Position numbers and translations under genes: made by a program. The notes beneath the pieces are model-generated. The model was not told where the DNA came from. It saw only the letters and a program-made list of their open reading frames with translations, and made no database searches. Positions 31,909 to 41,037 of a stretch of 41,037 nucleotides of DNA are shown piece after piece. The DNA is from Macrostomum lignano (Eukaryota), in NCBI GenBank assembly GCA_002269645.1, contig NIVC01004596.1:1-41037 (forward strand), read 5' to 3'. Numbering within the stretch: the first letter of the stretch is position 1; each line of letters opens with the position of its first letter.

Positions 31909-33478
31909 GTCCTTGGTTTCTATATTGTCCTTGAATGAATTCATTGATAGTACTGCTGCACGGCACTGATGCACGGACAGACAAACAATGCAACTATAAG
32001 CGTACGGTCTAGTTCGTGCAGTCACACCCCACAAGCGATACTTTAGTGCCAGTTGATTGCGTTCGAGCGAAATGTTGATACTGTTTTAGAATGAATTTCG
32101 TTACATGTACGCTCGTAATTTGAGTTAGAGTGAAGAAGACTTCCTACAGGTTTCGCGACGAGAAAGTAATTAAGCATTAATTTTCAGCTTTTTTTCAATT
32201 TCTATTAAAAGACTCGAAAGTCCTCTTTCGTGCCAGTTTTATTTTTGATACCAACAAGAATTATTAAAGAATTCATCAGTCAGCCGTACCTACTAAGCAT
32301 GTACCGAAGAAGCACGCGAGAGTCATAAATTCTAAAGCATGGGCACCCCATTGTGACACGCAGTACCCTACTTCGAGTGTAATAAAAGATTTAGCCTTAA
32401 CTTGAGATGCATTTATATATTGTCTCTGTCTGACCATATGAACATTTTGAGGGTGAAGAATAGGGTGAAGTAGAACACTGGAGAAATTAGAGTTGCTTGG
32501 ACAGTGGCGAGGCCATTCGATCGTCGGGTGCAGAAGGGTCGCACGAGTCTCGAGCAGTATTTGGTACGTTTGTCATCGTAGCTGGGTCTTGCACGAGAGT
32601 GGGCACGAATCAAGATAGCAACATAGCTAGTGAGCAGAATTGGAGTCTTAAATACTGTTGCCTAATGACTGCATGCTGTCTGTTAGGCGAAAGCTGACGA
32701 ACCTCTTGTAGAATCGAACATATTATTGCATTCGGGATTGGCAACATCATAATAGTGCTTTTGGCATGCAAAACTCAAGTAACAGCCTGAATCATATTTT
32801 TGCTTTTCCAATCAATGATGCCAAAATTACGTGTTGGAAACCCTTTTTTCGACCAGTCATTAAAATACTTTAATACCTGCACACTGGAGCTCGTAGACTG
32901 TTTTCTGTCTAGCGGACGAATTGCAGATCCCTACTGTTCTGTAGTGACTTAAGCAGATAGCATCATGTACTGTGTAGGTAATAAACGACGTCATACGTCG
33001 GTTGAACGTTGGTGTAAGGTAAAAGCTTGTACATATTTGTTGACGTCGGAAACGTCGGTCGACGAGGAGCTGGAGGGTAAAAAGTAGGAGGATGTACATT
33101 TAGAATAGTGTTTTGGTAGAACGCGTATGCATGGTTCGATTCCGTGCGCTACAAAATTTTTGGGGCTTGTGCACGGAATTGGCTGGAACTTTTACTGTAT
33201 TTGTATATAGATACATCATGTATATGTGTACGTTTAAATCATGCATGTATACATGTATATACAGTTTATACAATCCATAAGATGCAGCTAGCATGGACGA
33301 CTATATACGTCGGAGTTCTACTCTTCTTCTTCTCTTCTATTCAATTCTCTCGCTTAATTAGAGGATAAAAGCTTTTGACTGATTTTTGAGTATTATAGTT
33401 GCATATATGGGGACGAAGAATATTTTAGGCATAAATTGTAAAAGGTTCAATAACCTATGGTCTGTAGTCTCTGGACTC

Positions 33479-33716
33479 CAGCTAGTGGCGTAGCCAGGAA
33501 TTTCAATTGGGGGGAGGGGCGGGTTGGCCTGGCTGGCCATGCCTTATGCCATTGCCACTTTTGGCGCCGCAGGCACTCATTTTGGCGCCGCAAGCACTCA
33601 TTTTGGCGCAGCAGGCACTCACCCTGCCTCATGGTTTTTGGTACCCGCGGCCGCGCACAACCCCACCCCCCGGCGATTGGGGGGGCGGCCCCTCCGCCCC
33701 CCTGGCTACGCCACTG
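33479..33716. mobile_element. hAT-type MITE
   Basis: 8-bp TSD CTGGACTC (33471-33478, 33717-33724), TIR CAGTGGCGTAGCCAGG (left copy has a 4-nt insertion) and three internal 21-bp tandem units TTTTGGCGCCGCAGGCACTCA. Confidence 0.88.
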
Positions 33717-35290
33717 CTGGACTCCGCATAGGATCCCCAATAATTCTTAAGATTCTGAAGAGAGAGAGAAAATTATTGCAGTACTCCTACTTTACACATT
33801 TATCGTATGTTTTTAACACGTCAAATATTGTTTATTTTAAACTGAAAGCAACTGTTCCATGAATTTTTGTACAATTAGTGTTAAGGTATGGTTTGTATAT
33901 CTAATATTTATTATAGTTTCTGAAGATAGAATGTTACGAAATTAAAAAGTCAACATTCTTAGAAACGAGTTGTGCAGCCTAAATATTTTGTCTTTTTTTA
34001 ATATTCAGTCTGACATTAGTTTATTGTACTTACTGTGATAAGCGCATTGTTTTTTATGTATTAGCCTTTGTTTATACTTTAAATACAAGTATAGCTATAG
34101 ATATTTTATGCCAACCTTTTAGTTTTTAAACAAAATATAAGTTTAATATCAATATGTCATTATCTTATCATTTTAATTTATCAATACGATAGACAATATC
34201 ACTTCATGCAACATCGCGTTTTTCGAAATTTTATTATAATAAATTACAAATGCATATTATGTCATAACTTTTGCATCTATTTATATTGCTTAGTGTATGT
34301 ATACCCCTAATCGAGGATGGAATCTTTGCATGGCAATTCTAGAACAGACATTTGCACAAATTTTATGTCAGGTTTTTCCCAAAATGTTTAAGTTTTTTGG
34401 CACTTAAATTTCATGAGCAACTTTTTTATAAGCTTTTCCATAACATTGTTTTCTTGAATACTTTAGAAGTAGTTTTTTAATTCTTTATTTTATCTTAGGC
34501 CTAATGACAAATATACCATAGTCTAGATCATGCTGGGTACAAACCTGAACAAAAATTGGACAGTTACAAATGCATGCTAAAAAATTGGGTACTTGCCTAC
34601 ACTCTCTAATCTAGGCTGGTATTGCAACAATAAATGATCTTTTCTTGTGTTGCAACAGTAAACAACATTTTTTGCATTGTATATAAGACCTTTTTGGTTG
34701 ATAATTTGACTGATTAACCTTTCTTACTTATGCTATTTATAGCAGGAAATCAATATGCACAAACATTTGTTTAAATGCCCTATTATGACCTTAAAAACAG
34801 GAAAGCTTTAAACTTAGGCTTAAAAATAAAATTTTCTTTTCAATCTTTTTTCACTTAACACTAACTCTTTTACATGATTCTATTAATTGCATGCCAGGTG
34901 TGCACACACCTAGGTTTTTTCAGGGTTGGAAATCCAGTTTCTAGCTGGCCCTTGGGGCTCAAAATCCAGTTGCCAATGGCTATTTTTGGTTGCCCATTGG
35001 CAAATAGCTAAATTCTTGATGATATATTCCAAGGCCATGTTTAAAATTAAAAAGCAGAAATTTGTTCTCTCAACTCTAAGATTGCTATCTATGCTACAAA
35101 CAATAACAAACTAATAATTCCATCATAAAAATTTATATGGTACTTTTTTACATTTGCAAAATCATTTTTTGACATTTGCAACTGGCATGGGGAAAATGAA
35201 GTTGTTAGATTAGCCTCTGATGCCAAAAATCCAGTTGCCAACTATTTGAGAATCTTGAGATTTTAAAATGGCCAAAAAACCTTGTTGGTC

Positions 35291-36040
35291 TTTTTTATTA
35301 GAGACAGTGGCCATTCACACTTTAACACACAAGCAACATTGTTATACAATTGGTGAGAGGCATTACTGTCCATTCTGACAACTCTCCTGAGTAGACAGAC
35401 CCACATTTAGATATGTATATAGTCATATACATAGGCATATACTCATATAGAAGTGTACAGAGGCTGTAACTTTTTTATTAGAGGCAGGGGGGTTGTGTGC
35501 ACCTTGGCACACTTTAAGCGACATACGCACACAACCAGCGAGAGGCATTACTGCCCATTCCACCAACTCCCCTGAGCAGGCATACAAGCGCGCGGATACG
35601 TATGCAGGCACACACTCACACAGGAGTGTACAGCAGCCCTAACTTTATATTATCGTTAAGCATGTACACTTCACTGCGCCTTGGGGGGTTGGCTTTCAAG
35701 GCCGTTAATTGCACAAGCAGAGCCAAGCTAAGATTCCAATTCAGCCCCAAATTAATGTGACTGCACTTGGAATCGAGCCTGGGTCGCTGGCATACCAGAG
35801 CAGCTACACTACCGCTGGGCTACAGCCCCCCTGAGGCTGTAACTTTATTTATTGTTCAACATGTACACTTCACTATGCCTTGGGGGGTTGGCCCTCAGTG
35901 GTGTTAATTGCACAAGCAGAGCCAAGTTGGATTTCAGTTTAGCCCCAAGTTAATGCAACTGCACTTACCAGTAGAATCAAGCCTGGGTTGCTGTCACACT
36001 AGACCATTACTTAGATATGCGGCATATGCCTCCCCCCTCA
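35291..36040 (-). mobile_element. Old diverged family A SINE, split by a younger copy
   Basis: 35291-35473 and 35847-36040 align collinearly with the 3' and 5' halves of family A. Confidence 0.75.
35474..35832 (-). mobile_element. Young family A SINE
   Basis: Closely matches 3358-3711; 14-bp TSD GAGGCTGTAACTTT (35460-35473, 35833-35846). Confidence 0.9.
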
Positions 36041-37094
36041 TGTATGGTGTTATTTATGGCATTGGCAGGTAATGATTGGCAGGAAATGACCACTGGCCAA
36101 GGTAAGTTGTAAAACCAACTCTCCCACTCTTAAACAATGAAAATGCAAATGTATAACAAAGGGAACAAAGCAAGAGGGCAAAGAAGAGTGAAGGAAGGAG
36201 AAAAAAGCCAACAGAAGAGGCGATAGAAAAGCTGATAAAGGAAAAATGAAGTTTGCAACTGGACTACTGGAGCCTACAAAGTGTCAGATACACGGATACA
36301 TATGCAGACACGTGAATTTCTCATCGTCAGAAATGAGCACACTATATGTGCACTTCGAGAGGGCTCAAATCTATTGACAAACACACAGTCCCAATTTCTT
36401 TGCACTTTTATTCTTAATTCTGAATTCTTAAAAGCCAGACGACACCTTTGCACACTTTTCTACCGTGGACTAAATTATGAAATTTTGCAAAATGAAAACA
36501 CTCCTTCTTTAGTCTGCCGTCTCAACTTTCAGTGTTTGTGGTTTGCGCGCGCTTCTGTACATTCGTACATGTATAGTGTTCTGTCTTGCCTTTTCTTGCT
36601 TTACTTTGCAATGAAAAAACGTCACTTAATGAAAACGTATTAACGACGTTCTATCTACAATTGGTTTGAGTGGTTTGGGTTTGAGCAGACTGTACACTGA
36701 CCGTAGGTCGGGTCTGCCTGCCTGTCTGTTGCGTGCACTGGTCTACGATTGCACAGAGGAGGCTGGCATACAGTGCGGGCATTTGTTTATTTTAACCTGC
36801 GGAGTAGCATACGCAAACGTATGACACAGGCCAATTTTCAGGCTTGCTAGGGAAGCTTGAAGTGGAAAGAGCCTCCGACTATTTTTAGACTGTAAGAAGA
36901 AGAAGATCGACTGAAAGTTGCTTTGGCAGTTTGAAATTGAACAAAATAGAAAACAGACATCGCCATTTTGGATCTAATTTGCAGCTTTATAGCGTGAAGC
37001 TGCAGTTTGAACTGAAACGCACTAAGACTTTACACCTCGTCCGAGACAGTGCCAACTGGTATCTGTTGGTCTGTTATTATCTTCGAGGTCGACA

Positions 37095-41037
<3,943 letters not shown>

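Noticed and set aside
33447-33862. Four overlapping ORFs of 74-112 aa
   Set aside because: All arise from a GC-rich hAT MITE with 21-bp in-phase repeats.
34900-35285. Possible degenerate MITE with AAATCCAGTTGCCAA repeats and a CAGGGTT start
   Set aside because: Could not establish matching TIRs or a TSD by eye.
36281-36860. 120-aa ORF and a candidate upstream acceptor (TTTTCAG, about 36834-36840) before the ABCC gene
   Set aside because: No recognisable homology; a 5' UTR exon or trans-splice site cannot be supported without transcript data.

Overview
Eukaryotic, intron-containing, repeat-rich animal DNA; the style suggests an invertebrate such as a flatworm, but that is a guess. It is not prokaryotic and has no CRISPR array or rRNA. 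The window holds: (1) a plus-strand tandem cluster of five SVOP/SV2-related MFS transporter paralogs with identical intron positions, of which two are complete and intact (14751-17022, 20632-23727), one is 5'-partial with a 1-nt frameshift (265-5948) and two are broken pseudogenes; (2) the first six exons of a long-type ABCC/MRP (TMD0-containing) transporter from 37095 to the window end, with four of its five introns holding tandem repeats; (3) a nested transposon block at 6.4-13.3 kb with a scrambled, possibly circularly permuted Ty3/Gypsy element, an intron-containing Crypton tyrosine-recombinase relic interrupted by a TIR element, and a palindromic motif array whose core recurs at 25.9 kb; (4) mariner, hAT, LINE, three tRNA-SINE families, foldback elements and large micro/minisatellites. 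All coordinates and translations were read by eye. Family assignments come from remembered protein motifs, not from database searches.
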